Origin: Camelus dromedarius | Taxonomy: Eukaryota | Assembly (NCBI RefSeq): GCF_036321535.1 | Contig: NC_087437.1 | Coordinates: 8,370,001-8,434,000, forward strand | Reading direction: 5' to 3' | Length of the DNA stretch: 64,000 nucleotides | Shown here: piece by piece, positions 1-13,680 of the stretch | Position numbering within the stretch: position 1 is the stretch's first letter | How the letters are laid out: each line of letters begins with the position of its first letter | The notes under the pieces: model-generated | Database searches by the model: none | What the model was told of the DNA's origin: nothing | Seen by the model: the letters and a program-made list of their open reading frames with translations, nothing else | Translations under genes and position numbers: made by a program

Positions 1-202
1 AAATTATTTTTAGAATTGCATGTATTCATGCATGTGTGTAATGATCTTTTGAGAAGATTCAGTGTAGATTCAGGCAAACATTTATTCTGAGGATAAATTT
101 TTTAAAAAAATATAACTTTTTGCCTGATTATAAAAGTAGGAAAAGTTTATCTTAAAAATATTGAAAAGTGATAACCTTTTATATAGTGGGAAAGAATCTT
201 TG

Positions 203-390
203 GAATCCAAAGAGACCCACACCAAAACACATTATAATTAAAATGTCAAGTGTTAAGGACAAGGAGAGGCTATTAAAAACAAGAGGAAAACAACTTGTTA
301 ACATACAAGGAAATCCTCATAAGACTATCAATAGATTTTTCAGCAAAACTCTGCAGGAGTGGCACATTGTATTTAAGGTACTGAAAGTAA
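203..390 (+). mobile_element. L1 ORF1 fragment (degenerate)
   Basis: Translates to NPKRPTPKHIIIKMSSVKDKERLLK...TLQEWHIVFKVLK, matching the mammalian L1 ORF1p C-terminal half, with frameshifts. Confidence 0.85.
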
Positions 391-399
391 AAACAGCCA

Positions 400-1180
400 G
401 AGGGTAGAGGACCATAGATTCCAGGAAAAGAGAATGTTTCAATTGTGATGGAGAAATCAGGGATGTAAAATGCATTGATGAAGCCAGCAAGCTAAGAATG
501 GAAAGGTACAATGTTTATCAACATAATTGTTTTCTAACTTTTGTGAGACTAGGGTCAGTAGGGAAGTGTTGAGCAGGATAAATTGTGTAAGATAAATGGG
601 GGCTGAGTGGGAGATACACACGTGGAAACCATGAATGGAGAAACATTTTTCAAAAGGCTTGGCTTTGAAAGGAAGGGAAAAGGAAAGAAATGACAGAGAA
701 GGTTGACATAGGGTTTTCCTTTTGACCAAGAGTGACTTCAGCCTGCTTAAACAGGAAGGAATCTGTGGAATGGGAATGTTAAGGACTTAGGAAAAGGAGG
801 TAAAGACAATTGATGAATGGAGACATCTGAGGAAGCCAGGATGTACCAGACTTATCTCAGAGACAAGGAAGCCGATATCTGCTCCAACAGGAGGAAAGAA
901 GCCAAGTTGGCTGTACATTTTGAACTGAGGAAGGAGATGACATCTGAGTACGTTCCCAAGTGATGAATCCTCTTTTTTCTGTGACGTAGGAGATGGTTTC
1001 ATGACCCAAGATTAAGGAAGCAGGTGGAGGGTGAGAAGCTTGCAGTGAGTGGAGGTGTTTTGAAAGAGTCATGCTAGGAAACAGGGGAAAGAATTTTCTA
1101 GAACAAATATGATTGTTGGATAGAGCTGAAAACCCATTTGTCCTGGGAACTGTGAATTGGTAGTGACACCAATCTATGAA
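400..1180 (-). mobile_element. Ancient L2 ORF2 remnant
   Basis: Minus ORF 457-729 contains SLPFKAKPFEKCFSIHGFHVCISHS, resembling the L2 RT region (LPFTAKLLERVV..CLHFLTSHS). Boundaries approximate. Confidence 0.55.
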
Positions 1181-1452
1181 AAATGAGCCAGCTAAGCATG
1201 CTGTGAGGGCCAGTACCTCGACTGTCTTGTTCACCAATATATCTTCCAAATCTACCAGAGAACCTGGCACATAATAGGTACTCTAAAATATTTTTTCATT
1301 TTCTCTGAAGGTACTCAACTTGATATAGGAGAAGAGACAGCAGAATACTGGCATGAGATAGAGGGTTTTTCCCCCTTAAATCTGAGTGTTTTATATTACT
1401 GGATGCACTAGAATGTATTTCTAAAGGTAGTTACAGAATCCAGTGTATTTGG

Positions 1453-2206
1453 TTGCTGGAGAGGATGTGGAGAAAAGGGAACCCTCCTACACTGTTAGTG
1501 GGAATGTAAATTGGTGCAGCCATTATGGAGAAAAGTATGGAGATTCCTTAAAAAACTAAAAATAGAGTTACCCTATGATCCAGCAATCCCACTCTTGGGC
1601 ACATATCCAGAGGAAGCTTTAATTAGAAAAGATATAGGCACCCCAATGTTCATAGCAGTACTATTTAAAATAGCCAAGACATGGCAACAACCTAAATGAC
1701 CATGGACAGGTGATTGGATAAAGAAGCTGTGGTATATTTATACAATGGAATAGTACTCATCCAAAAAAAGAATAAAATAATGCTATTTGCAGCAACATAG
1801 ATGGTCTTGGAGATTGTCATACTAAGTGATGTAAGCCAGAAAGAGAAAGAAAAACACCATATGGTATCATTTATATGTGAAATCTAAAAAAATGAGACAA
1901 ATGAACTTATTACCAAACAAACAGACTCAGATATAGAAAACAAACTTATGGTTAATGGGGGGAAGGAGGGTGGGAAGGGATAAATTTGGAGTTTGGGATT
2001 TGCAGATACTGACAACTCTATATGAAATAGATAAACAGTAAGTTTCTACTGATAGCACAGGGAACTATATTCAATATCTTATAGTACATAATTTAAAAGA
2101 ATATGAGAAAGAATATATGTATGTATACGTATGATTGAACTATGATGCTATATACCTGAAACTGACACATTGTAACTGACTATACTTCAATTAAAAAAAA
2201 AAAAAA
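1453..2206 (+). mobile_element. 5'-truncated L1 3' end with poly(A) and TSD
   Basis: ORF2 C-terminus ([29 protein letters not shown]), 3'UTR and poly(A) at 2193-2206. TSD gaatccagtgtatttgg (1436-1452) / gaaaccagcatatttgg (2207-2223). Confidence 0.92.
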
Positions 2207-3198
2207 GAAACCAGCATATTTGGAATTGTTGATCCGTCTATATAAAAAGAGAAAAGAATTACCTGTCTGAATCAGACTTTGGACAATGACAGTGTACATT
2301 AGGAGAGGACAGACAGGGACAAAGTAAAGAGACCTAGTAGAGAGAGCAGAATTGAAAATTTTGAACGTGCGGTTATGGCTCGGTCAGTCATTCTAGGGTG
2401 TGGTCTCATGAAAAATGGATCCAAAGTTACTTTCCAAACTGAGAGATTCAACTTGGGAGGAGGGATCTTGAAAGATGTGCAAAGGACTCTATAAAATCTA
2501 AATAGAGTTCCATGCTGAGTGCCATCAATTCAGGGCAGGACAGAAATACTCTGAGCTTCAAGTAATAGGAGAGGTCCAGATGGCACCTCAGGGCAGTCAT
2601 ACGCCAGATCTTAGAAACTTGGACGTGGGCAATAATGCAGTTTCTGAGGGACTGGGGCATGAAGCAGGCACACTAGATAAGTGTGGGGAACCTATGACAT
2701 TTGGATTCTTTTATTCATCCATTTGTGTGACAAGTATTTATTGAAAAATGAGTAAGGCATTGTGTAAGGCAAGGGAGGAACGTAGGCCCTGGGAAGTACG
2801 ACCACAACACAGTGACAGAAAAATTGTGGTGTTAAGTTTAGAAGTGGTTCAGCAGCAAAAATGATCTGGAATTTATCCACTGTCTGGGGTGGGCTGACCC
2901 CTCAGGTAGGATTTACGTTCCTTAGCTCAGCTGCTGAGGTTATAGAGAACTGAGTGAGGCAGTGCAGAGAGTCATTTGTTTTCAACTGCTTTGGAGGATG
3001 GTGGCTTAAGGTGGTCAAGTCTTTTGAATAGACCAAGGAAACAACTTTCTCAAAGAGCCTTGGTTCTGTGGACCCAAAGGACAAGTACTTTCTTGTTAAA
3101 TCTCACAGATAAACAGAGTTCTAACATGGTAAGAAGGAAATTATTTTTAGAAAAGTCTTAAGTCACTCTAACGGGCCACGGATAAACAGAGTTCTTAC

Positions 3199-3681
3199 CT
3201 GATTTATTTCACTTAGCATAATACCCTCCAAGTCCATTCGTGTTGCTGCAAAGGCAAAACTTTGTTCTTTTTTATGGCTGAGAAGTATTCCTTTGTATGG
3301 ATATACACCACATCTTCTTTATCCACTCATGTTAATGGACACTTAGGTTGCTTCCATACTTTGGCAATAGTAAGTAATGCTGTTATGAACTTTGGGTGTG
3401 TGTGTGTATGTGTGTGAATGTGTATGTGTATTGTTTTAGTGGAGGTACTGGGGATTGAACCCAGAACCTGTGCATGCTAAGCATGGGCTCTACCACTGAG
3501 CTATACTCTCCCTTCTGGGGTATGTATATCATTTTGAATTAGTGTTTTCACTTCTTTCGGATACATACAAAGAAGTGGGATTGCTGGATCAGATGGTAGT
3601 TCTATTTTTAAGAAACCTCCATACTGTTTTCCACAGTGGCTACACCAATTTACATTCCGAATAACAGTGTAGGACGGTTCC
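3199..3681 (-). mobile_element. L1 internal fragment, truncated at both ends, interrupted by a SINE
   Basis: L1 ORF2-end/3'UTR sequence (cacttagcataata...ttccacagtggctacaccaatttacattcc). No poly(T) at the left end; flanked by a local duplication. Confidence 0.85.
3395..3512 (-). mobile_element. tRNA-Ala-derived SINE (vic-1-like) with (CA)n-like tail
   Basis: Reverse complement gggagagtatagctcagtggtagagcccatgcttagcatgcac...gggttcaatccccagtacctcc with Pol III A and B boxes. Confidence 0.88.
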
Positions 3682-6600
3682 AGAAGGAAATTATTTTTAG
3701 AAAAGACTTAAGTCACTCTAAGGGGCCAGAGCAGACTTCCACATAGATGACTGCCAAAACTTTGTCATCTCATGGGAAAAGGAAGATCGTCCTCAAACTA
3801 GTCTGCCAAATATTATTTACCAATTTCTCAATGATGGGTGTAGATGCTCAGAATTCCACCATGGCTCCTCATTAGTCAAGCTGGGAACATATGAGACTCG
3901 GGTAGGAATCAGTTCATTGTGATCTTTATTACTTTGGTCAGTGAGGAGAGGGTAGGGAGGGTGCTTTAAAAGGCTTACTCTCTCACAGACAGAGGGGAAA
4001 TTTTACTAATGGACAACTAAGATAACAAAAGGAGAAGAATGTAGAATGCCCCCAAACCATCTCTGACTATTTAAAAAGTCTACCTTCCAGGGGAGACAGA
4101 ATCAAAATTCTTGAGTGGATCTCTGTGATCCTATGCTCTTTGAAATGCAAACTGCATTTTTGCATTATGCGGATGGTGTTCTTGCTCATGGATTCCAAAT
4201 TCCCGGGTGAACCTGCTGGAAAGTTATTTTTGTTGCACCTAGAGCCCAATAAAATGATTGATTTCTACAGTGTTTGTAAGGTGAAGCTCAATTCATGTGA
4301 ATAAATTAATAAAATGAATAAATGATAAATGAATTGAAACATAATAAATTAATAAAGCCTCAATATAGTATGCCTTTTAATATGTTCAGGAGGGAGTGTT
4401 TCAGCTGTTAAATGGGTTGCAGTTAAATGAATTAAAAAACAAAATAAATTTTAAAATGCTCCATTATTCATGAAAGTACTTTAGGGCCTCATTAATCTAT
4501 TTTAGATCACTCAGGCCCGTAAATGCCTATTGGCAAAAGCTGATAAACTACGAGGCATTGCTTTTCATACTCTTGAGTCAACTGAAATACCATCAGTCTT
4601 AAGAGTGTTAAGGTCACGTCTATAGGGCACAGAGTAAGTGCTTTTGCAGCTTGAAAACCCTCAGAAGTTTCAGAGGAGTCATTTTCACGTTTTGCGGCAG
4701 CAACTCCTTAAAACTTGTTCTTTAAAAAAATTTAAAAATGAAGTGGGAGAAGCTACTCAATTTTAAACAACTCAGTTTCCCCCTTTATATCCAAAGAAAG
4801 CATGGTTGAAGTGAGATGCATCAATGGGCCAGCCTGCAAGATTTCCCGAGTTAAAACTCAGTTGTGACTTCATTTTATTGAGTTGCAGTCTCTGAGAGGT
4901 AAGTTACGTGTCCTTGAAACTATGGGAAATTTAAGATAAATGTTTTAAAATGATTTTACAGGCAGAGGTGCACTTTTCAGCGGTACAAACCTGGGTGGTC
5001 GAGAGAGCACTCCGTTGTTACTTCTGTTCTTTGAGACCCTGGGTCTTCCAGACCCTGTGAAGCTGGTTTACCCTATGAGGTGAACAGTAGTGGGGATGGC
5101 AGACTGAACAACAATCATCCTTCTGTCTACACCTAATGATCTCTGGTTCTTTTATAAGAAATGTAGAATAAGCCAAATCATAGAGGATAAAATTTTAACA
5201 CCCAGAGCACTAAAATAGTCATGAGAAAACAAAACAAAATAAACCAAGAGATGTGTTCTTAGAATGTCTTTGGTTGAACTGATGGGCAATGTCTAAAGAT
5301 GGTGACTCTGTTTTGGTCACCCATAATCAATCAAGAACACATGCTTTTACCATAGGAGGCTAAGGCTATCTTGAATGCTCTTCAGAGCAAGCCATTTTAC
5401 TGAGGCCCAGCTCTCTTTGAGTAAGAGTTGGAAACCCAAACAGTGGGAAAATCCATTCCATTTAGGGTTCTTTTTGTACAGGGTCACCTAAAACAGAACA
5501 GTGGAAATCCGAGTCTTCTTTCAGTTACTACACCTGGTTCTCCATTCCATCATAATCTGGGGCTTTTGCCAGACGAATCAGGAAAGATACTCTCCCATCC
5601 TTGAATAAAAACTCTTAGAACCAAGTAATCTTTTAACTGCTAGTGAATGGGCAGTTTTCCTGCCACTTGGTGATAGCCTGCCAGACAAACAAAACAGAAC
5701 AAAATTCCCAAACTAGAGGAGATTTGGTAAGAGAGGTAGTCTTAAAGACATTAGTCAATTCCTGGACCAAGTCAGATGCCAACTCCTGAATTTTCTGTTA
5801 TGTGAGCAAATAAATTTCCTTTTCAGCATTGGCTAGATTGAATTGTTTTTCTGGCATTTGCTCCCCAAAGAGCTATTATTAAAAAAGAAAATAGTATGGA
5901 ATACCAGCCATTTATCTGTCAATATTAATTACTGTGTTTCTCCCATTCTAAGATACCAGTGATTACAATATGTAGCATTTATTTAATAATAATTGAGGAG
6001 AAAAAAATGCTACTGTATTAAACATACGGATCTATTTTTTGGATACGTCCATATTTCAAAAATATTAAATGCAAAAGCTATATACCTCAGAGTGAGGAAA
6101 TATGGAAATTTAAACACAATTTTTTCCTTAATTATAATAGTTAAAATGATTCCTTTGATTAAATGAGGGGTTTGAAGGGACACTACAAGGACAGGAAGAT
6201 AAAGCGGAGAAGAGATTTGAAACAGGAAATCTCTTCGGTGAAATGAGATCTCGCGGTAAGAGACTGGAGTGAGGACTGGCCAATTGCAAAGGGCAATTGC
6301 ATAGGGAAGACCCTGGGGAAAAGTGCTTGGATGCAAGACGCAAGTGGAAAGGAAGGAAACAGGACTGCTGTGCACTGTGCCGGGCACAGAGGACATTGCC
6401 AGGGTGTTCGTGGTTCCTGCCCGCACCAGGCTCCCAGGCCAGCGGGCCAGGCGAGAGGCTCTGGTCCCTTTCTGCTGAATCTCCTCCTCCAGGGAGCCCT
6501 GTTGACGAGACCCACGTCATCCCGTGCCGGCTCTCTCTTGAGAAATCTCTTCACCTATCTCTGCAAAATTTACTACCTAAGAGCCTCTTTTCATAGCCTT

Positions 6601-6862
6601 GATCTTCCTTGGGGATCTGTGAGTCATTAAACAGGCTTTCTTGGTTCTCATTTAAAGTCTACATATGAGGGTGAATTTATCTTATTCATCTTTGTATCCT
6701 ACCGACAAAACCAAGATAGGAGGAGTTCCATTCTACCTTTGTTTACTGCATGAATCATGCCTACAATTTATATTTATTAAAAAACCTCCCCCTTTAACTA
6801 TGTGTGGTGATGGATGTTAACAAGACTTACCGTGGTGATCATTTCACAATACATACAAAAAT

Positions 6863-7334
6863 TTTTAAATGGAAGTATAGTCAGTTACAATGTGTCAATT
6901 TCTGGTGTACAGCACAATGTCCCAGTCACCCATATGTATACATATATTCATTTTCATATTCTTTTTCATTAAAGGTTATTATAAGATATTGCATATAGTT
7001 CTCTGTGCTATACAGAAGAAAATTTTTTTTTTAAATCTATTTTTATATATAGTGGCTAACATTTGCAAATTTCAAACTCCCAAATTTATCCCTTTCCCCC
7101 AGGGTTGTAAACAAATGAGGTTGTTTACTACGTCTGCAAGTCTGTTTCTGTTTTGTAAATGAGTTCATTAGTGTCCTCTTATTTTCTTTTTTCTTTTAGA
7201 TCCCATGTATGAGTGACATCATATGGTATTTTTCTTTCTTTTTTTTTGGCTTACTTCACTTAGAATGACAATCTCTAGGTCCATCCATGTTGCTGTAAAT
7301 GGCATTATTTTATTCTTTTTTTATGGCTGAGTAG
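6863..7334 (-). mobile_element. L1 3' end nested in an older + strand L1 3' end
   Basis: gaagtatagtcagttacaatg...ttatggctgagtag. TSD ttcacaatacatacaaaaat (6843-6862) / ttcacaatatataaaaat (7335-7352). Confidence 0.88.
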
Positions 7335-8974
7335 TTCACAATATATAAAAATATTGAATCATTATTTTGTACATCTGAAACTAATGTATGGTAAATGTCA
7401 AAAAAGTTCTCTGAAAATATACTTACAAAACCTATAATTAAATACATTTAAAATAACATTGCTTAATGACTCTTAAAATCATGTTGCTATATGATAAACT
7501 CTTCTTATAATTCAGAATGACTAAAGTTTTCTTATAAACTTTTGTGATGGTCTGCTTTTTCTTTAATTAGCAAGTACTGATTTTAAAAGCACTTGGGTGT
7601 TTTCTTTCTTTTTCTTATCTTGGATGGAAGAATTTCATAGCTAAGTTTTGTGATTCACTGTGGTATCGTCTCTTTCATTGGTTTTATTTTTCCAGATTTA
7701 ACCTTTTCTCTCTCTTTCTCTCTCTCACCTTCCTTGGTTTTTTTACTCTTCTTTAGAAATTCTTTTAAATGTGTACTGCTTCAAATTCTTTCTACAAATA
7801 AGCTTGTTGTAATGGGTATAGAGAGTTTTACACATCAGGCTGTGCTTCAGAATACAACTTGGAAATTAAAATAACATACTGTGCAATTTTGGAAAACAAT
7901 TTCAGTTCTAATTTGTCTATTTTATTGTTCATTCATTCATTCATCCCTTTACTTCCTTAAAGACATAAAGTGGAAATATAAATAATGAAGATGCATAGGG
8001 TTTTCCAAGCCATATTCTGAGATGTTGATAGGTATGAAAAAATTGCTCTGTGTTCAAATTTGCTTGGAATTTTGGCTAAATGAACTTCAGTGGGTTTCTT
8101 TAAAATTTAGTACAAAATGATCCTTGGGGATGGCACAGGGCTAAAGTTAAGACGCAACATTTACTTAACACATTTAAAAAGCAATCTTTTTTTTTTTCAA
8201 TAAAACATCTATTAACATGTATAAGAACTAGTGTTCTAGGAAACCCAGTAGGAGAGATGCTTAATTAGTTAAGTATAAATAAAATAAATAGCAGGAAAAA
8301 ACAAAACAGAATAAATTATACCAGAAAGGAAAAAAAAAACAAACACTGTAAAATCTCATGTGATTAAGCTGTAAATCTGTTTCTGACCTTCCTGGAGGTC
8401 AAAGCAAAAAAGAAACATGGTTTACTACACAATTCTCACTGTGTGGGAAGAAAAAAGAATATGTAATTTCCCTGGGGGCAGACACACTGCTACTGGATTA
8501 TGACAAATGTGTTTCAGTTAGATCACATGAGTCTTTTTTTGTACCTTTTCTAATGTCAACTGTTGCATAGGTTACAGGAGAATAAGCTGGGTAGGTTTTG
8601 CTAGAACCAGTGGTCCAGGAGTCAGGAAGTTTCATCAGTTATCAGAGGGGAGGTCTAGTGAAGCCAGCTTGAGTGTGGAGCATCAGAAAGAGGCAGAGTC
8701 TGAACGTCAGAAAGATACAGAGAAGTTGCCAGACAGTTTCATATAACCACACACCACCTCCCCTACCTGGGGTTCAGTCTAGAAATAAACTCACCTGAAT
8801 CAGAAACAAATATTATCTATCTAAGTATTATCATCCATCATCCATCCACAAATCTTCTGTTTATCTATTTATTCATCCATTTAAGGAGATGTTGTGTATG
8901 TCTTTTAAGGCATCATTTAAATTTTTGATAATTAGGGTGGGATATTTTTTCATATGCAGTTTTGTATTATCTAT

Positions 8975-9452
8975 TGTGAATGAAAAATACTGCAAACCGT
9001 ATCAGTAAACAAAGAATGCTGAAGCCATCAAGTCATCAGCGGCTGCCGCCACCCCCCAGTGAGGACAGGCCTGCAGCCCGGCCTCTGCAGCCACTCACAG
9101 TGCTGCACCCTGAGGGGACTCAGAATAAGAAAGGACAGGATACTGGCCCTAGATAGCTAGGTGCTTGTCAAAGGAATGAATTCAATGAGCCCAAAAGTTT
9201 GCTTCCTCCCATACACAGAAAGCGCTAACTTCTTTAACTTGAGATGGTTGTTTTTCTTTAGTTAACAAGTAATCTTTTATTGTTCCAACTACCTGGTCTT
9301 AGTTGTAAAGCTCCTGTATATCCTAGCTCCTCCCCTACCTCTTCGGAGCAGTCCCTCAGAGCGATCTGAGACGCTGTCATCCTGGCTCCAGTCCTCTCGC
9401 CAAATAAAACATAACTCTCAACTTTTAAGCTGCACGTTTATTTCAGTCGACA
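8975..9452 (+). mobile_element. ERV1-type solo LTR (MER34/MER39-like)
   Basis: TG...CA termini, AATAAA at ~9403, 4-bp TSD ctat/ctgt. Related to the opposite-strand LTR at 43404-43914. Confidence 0.85.
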
Positions 9453-9769
9453 CTGTGTTTCATCTATAAAGTAATCCTGAAGTAAACTGTTGACCCAAAA
9501 ACTAAGTTGACAGAATTTTTGATTTGTCTAGGATATGGAAGTTAGACTACTTTCTTACGGAAAAGGGACTTTTTTTTTTTTTAAATGAAACTTGTCAATT
9601 TTCTAAATATTGGGTTGACTAACCTTAATTTTTTGCAACAGATAATAGAACTTGATCATTAGTTCTGTAGTTTATTGATGATCTTGTGGAAGGATGATTA
9701 TATGCTATATTTCTTTATGTCATGAAAATAAATAATTCTTCATCTATCATTCTTTATGAATTATAGCAT

Positions 9770-10035
9770 AGGGGCTCAAATGAAAACCTCGGAAGTCAGA
9801 GTACATTTTCAACATTAAGAAGTATTAAATTTTGATAGAGCTGACCTCAGCTACAACATCTACTTATAATAATTGTGTGAACTTAAGGCAATTGCCTGAA
9901 TCTCTCAGAACCTCAGTTTCCTTATCTGAATAATGGGAAAATATTAGTACACCCCTTACAAAGTTGCAGTGATGAATACACCAGACAATATAAGCACATT
10001 ACTGGAGACTGGTACATAAAGATCACTCAGTAATT
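9770..10035 (+). mobile_element. MIR SINE
   Basis: MIR core tctctcagaacctcagtttccttatctgaataatggg. Confidence 0.7.
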
Positions 10036-10795
10036 TTTTGGTATTATGATGATGATGATCAGGTATTTTATGCTGAAGCACTGTCCCTTTGACCACGGCA
10101 GCACTGTTTTTTAAGATTGCATAAACAGCAGACTATTCAGTTGTACCCCAACGAGGAAAGAAAATATCAACTCTACCCACCCTTTTTAAAATTATTATTT
10201 TAAAGAAGTTGATTATTGTGAAATGATGGAGATAGATCTATATTCAAACAGCTTATTTTCAAAGGGCTCTCTTTCCCCAGACTTGACAGCCCTGGAGGAT
10301 ATTGGCATTCAGCACTGACAACATTCTGAAGATCAAACTGGGTTTCCACCATTTATTTAATGAAGATTTGAGATTTTCAGAGATTGTAGTTTTGTTGTTC
10401 CTGTGTCAACTTCCATTAAGAATGTCATGTTCTCCTAATCTTTATGGCTGCTTTTAGAATTCAATATCATTTTAGGATTTGGGAGAGTATTTATGAACCA
10501 GATTGAAAGAAAAGAGGCAGTTTTAATGTAGCAGGCGGGAAACATTAGAAAGAGAGGGAGCAATGAGAAAGGAAAGAAAGTATTTCTTATGGCATCAATG
10601 CATTTTTTTGTGAACATTTATTAAGAACACATTTGTCACTTAAAATAGCCTTACTGTATTTATGTGTTTTCTTATAGATAAGAGGCATTCATGGAAGAAT
10701 AAATCCCTTAAGAAGAGATCAAATTAAATAACTTATTATAGGAATTATTTTTACTGTAGATCACTTGTAAATGGAAAAAAAAATCATAATGAGTT

Positions 10796-11312
10796 TAAGA
10801 CAGGAGAGAAGGGGGCAGGGCATAGCCATTAAAAGAATGACACAACAATTAGCACCAAGATGGAAGATGCAACTCCCGGTAGTCCTTGAACTTCATTACG
10901 CACTCATTGTAATGCAATAGCTGCTAAATGATACTCCCATAGGTGCCATGACAGTGCCAAGGCTGACCATAAAAGGTCAAAAAGTGTGTGATGGTCCAAT
11001 TCCTGGGAATTTCCGCCTCTTCCCCAAAGTAGTTGGAATAATCCTCCCACTTGTTAGCATGTGATGTTACTGAGCCCATAAAATCTAACAACCCCACACC
11101 TTGTGGCCTTTCTCTTGTCTTTTGAGATGGCCCACAGTCTGTCTGTGGAATGTACATCTCTCTGAATAAATCTGTTTTTACTTAACTGTGGCTCGCTCTT
11201 GAATTCTTTCCTGCACAAGCCAAGGACCCTTACTTGGTGGGGCATGTCCCAGGGATTCGACCAAGACCTGGGCCAGGGCCATCCTCTCATGCCCCACATT
11301 TTTCCTGTATCA
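10796..11312 (+). mobile_element. ERV1-type solo LTR (MER41-like)
   Basis: cataaaa TATA-like box, AATAAA at ~11165, gctcgctcttgaattctttcctg motif, ends in CA, 4-bp TSD agtt/ggtt. Confidence 0.8.
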
Positions 11313-12564
11313 GGTTTGCCTCATATTCAGAGAAGATTCCAAAGCAAAATGATCATGGTTATATAATGCTGGAAGATTGTTTATCCAGACCATGAAGATG
11401 CTAACCTGCTCTAGGTTAGTATTGTGTCTGGAATTCAGAGAGTATAAATTGTATAGGGCACAATGATTGACAAAAGACATTTTGGCATGTCATATATGTC
11501 ATCATGGTTGCACCAACATCCACCCCTCTTACGCCACGTGGTACCTCAGCATCCCAGAAAGAGATACTAGGCTACAGTCTCTAGTTACTTCAAAGTTTTT
11601 AAAAATGTCCCACAAAATAATTCTAACTCTCATTAATTGATATAGCTATTTACTAATTTCTAAATTAAAAGCCTAAGAGAAATAAAAAATTTCAGCAAAG
11701 TGAAAAGCCCCCCCCCCCAATTCTATATAAAACCACGGCGGTAATTATACTGATTATGAGTGAACACTGTGCATGTGTGTTAGCAATAGGACATTATGCA
11801 GCTACTTATTTGATCTGTAGAGTTTTATTAAAAGTAATAATTAATCAACACTTAGTTAGTGTTAGCATTTCATGAAGAGCAGGGATGGTTAGCGCCATTG
11901 TTTCATATAGACCCAGATGTGTCGTTCAGCGAAAGCCTGTTTACCTGATTTCATTGATCTTTTCCTTTCTTTTAAAATTTTCAAATGGAATCTCAAGTGA
12001 ATAAATTAGTAAATTTATCATTTTCTCTATAATACTGTCATAAGGACAGTTTGATAAAATAGCTCATTATACTCAATGATGTGAAATATGAGTTCCATCA
12101 GCATGTTTTCAGCAAATGCAGCTACAGAAATTAGTTTGCTATTATCGAGGGCTGTGGAATGCAAAATAAAGTTAAGCATGCTATTAAAATGGTTGAATTT
12201 GGGATTGACCAAAGTGAAGTAAAAAAAGAAAACTTGTAGTGACAAAAGAAAATAAAAGAAATCATCCAAAATTAATTGACAAGCGATAATGCTAGTCATG
12301 TAATGACTGTGTTTGGAATAAGCTGTCATCTCCTTCAAAGGTAGTCTTCAGGTCTACTGTTTTTTTAAAACATGATTTTTAAAGTCTTCTTTTGGTGAAG
12401 CAAATCAAATCCTATATATAATATTCTATATGTAATAAAGGATACTTGTTATTTATAACGATTGTTTATATGAATTAAGCAGTTGGTTTAATTGTGTCTG
12501 TACCTATTGTGTCTGTAATTTGAACCCTCATTTGCTTAAAATAGTACATTTAGGAAGTAATGAA

Positions 12565-12710
12565 GTTAATGGAAAATAGTCTGAAAAAGAATACATATAT
12601 ATATATGTATATATATATAAAAAACTGAATCACTTTGCTGTACACCTGAAACATTGTAAATCAACTACAATTTAAAAAAGAGAAAGACCCCACCAACCCC
12701 TGGCAAAAAA
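12565..12710 (+). mobile_element. Short L1 3' terminal fragment
   Basis: ctgaatcactttgctgtacacctgaaacattgtaaatcaactac plus A-rich tail. TSD gaagtaat at 12554 and 12711. Confidence 0.75.
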
Positions 12711-12824
12711 GAAGTAATAGAGAAATCTCTTTGATTTTGCCTGGTGTATGATTGGTTTATGATGAATATACATACATCCATTATGACTGCAAATATTAGA
12801 ACTTTTCACTCCTATAAAGATCTG

Positions 12825-13235
12825 TATTAGCTATAGTTACAAAAGTAGCACAAAGCTAATGATCACAAAACATTGTGGCACACTACAGTAAGTGTTTGTG
12901 CCTGGTTGTATGGGGGTGCCTGGGGGTTGATGGGGTTGGCTGTTCTTAGCTGGGTAGCTGGCTGGGTGAGTCAGCTCCATGAATTTTTCATCCTCCTCCT
13001 GGAATTAGCAGGATTTTCGAGGCAGATTCCTTTTATAGCAATAGTAGGAACACAAGAGAACAAGTGAGAACATGTGACGTCTCAAGGTCTAAGCTCAGAA
13101 TTGGCACATAATCTTGAAAATACTGGTCAAAGTCATACAACCAAACCCAAAGTCAGAGGGCAGGGCAATATACTTCACTACTTGAATGAGACAAACTGCA
13201 AAATCACATGGCACAGAGCATGGATGCAGGGAAGG
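12825..13235 (-). mobile_element. MaLR LTR (MLT1-type), degenerate
   Basis: tgtattagcta start; aaggtctaagctcagaattggcaca and aaagtcatacaaccaaacccaaagtcagagg motifs. Confidence 0.6.
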
Positions 13236-13620
13236 GTGAAGACTGGGGATGGGGAGGAGATTGACCATAGCATCAATTCCATTAAGATGAAAGTTAACGG
13301 TAAACACATTGGGTCAAAACATGATGAAGATAAAAGGAAATAAAAAGTTGGAATGACAGTCCAGCTCTTTTCACAAGCTTGTGGCAGGGTTGGCGGTATT
13401 ACTAAACCACTGTAATTTAAATTCCTAGTGTATCATAACTACAAATGAATCAAAGGTAGATATTAAAAAAATAAAATGCTTCCTATAATATTTAGTGGAA
13501 AGTTAGACTATTTAGGTAGGCTCAACAAAGGAAAATATATGTATATTCTTTTTTAAAAAATATGGTATGTTTGTTATTTAATGAATTAATAGTCCATCGT
13601 TTATTCAGATTTCCTTAGTA

Positions 13621-13680
13621 TCTTTTTTTTTTTTGTCTTTTTTTTTGGGGGGGGAAGTAATTAGGTTTATTTATTATTTT
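13621..13680 (-). mobile_element. SINE tail-only fragment (vic-1-like)
   Basis: Poly(T) followed by gggggaagtaattaggtttatttatt, the tail seen on full copies; no tRNA head. Confidence 0.65.

Noticed and set aside
6010..6630. Cluster of overlapping 99-138 aa ORFs in a GC-richer patch
   Set aside because: No recognisable domain, and ORFs occur on both strands as expected from local GC content. No supported exon structure.
12679..12710. Possible 25-bp L1 3' transduction between A-runs
   Set aside because: Too short to distinguish from a decayed poly(A) tail.
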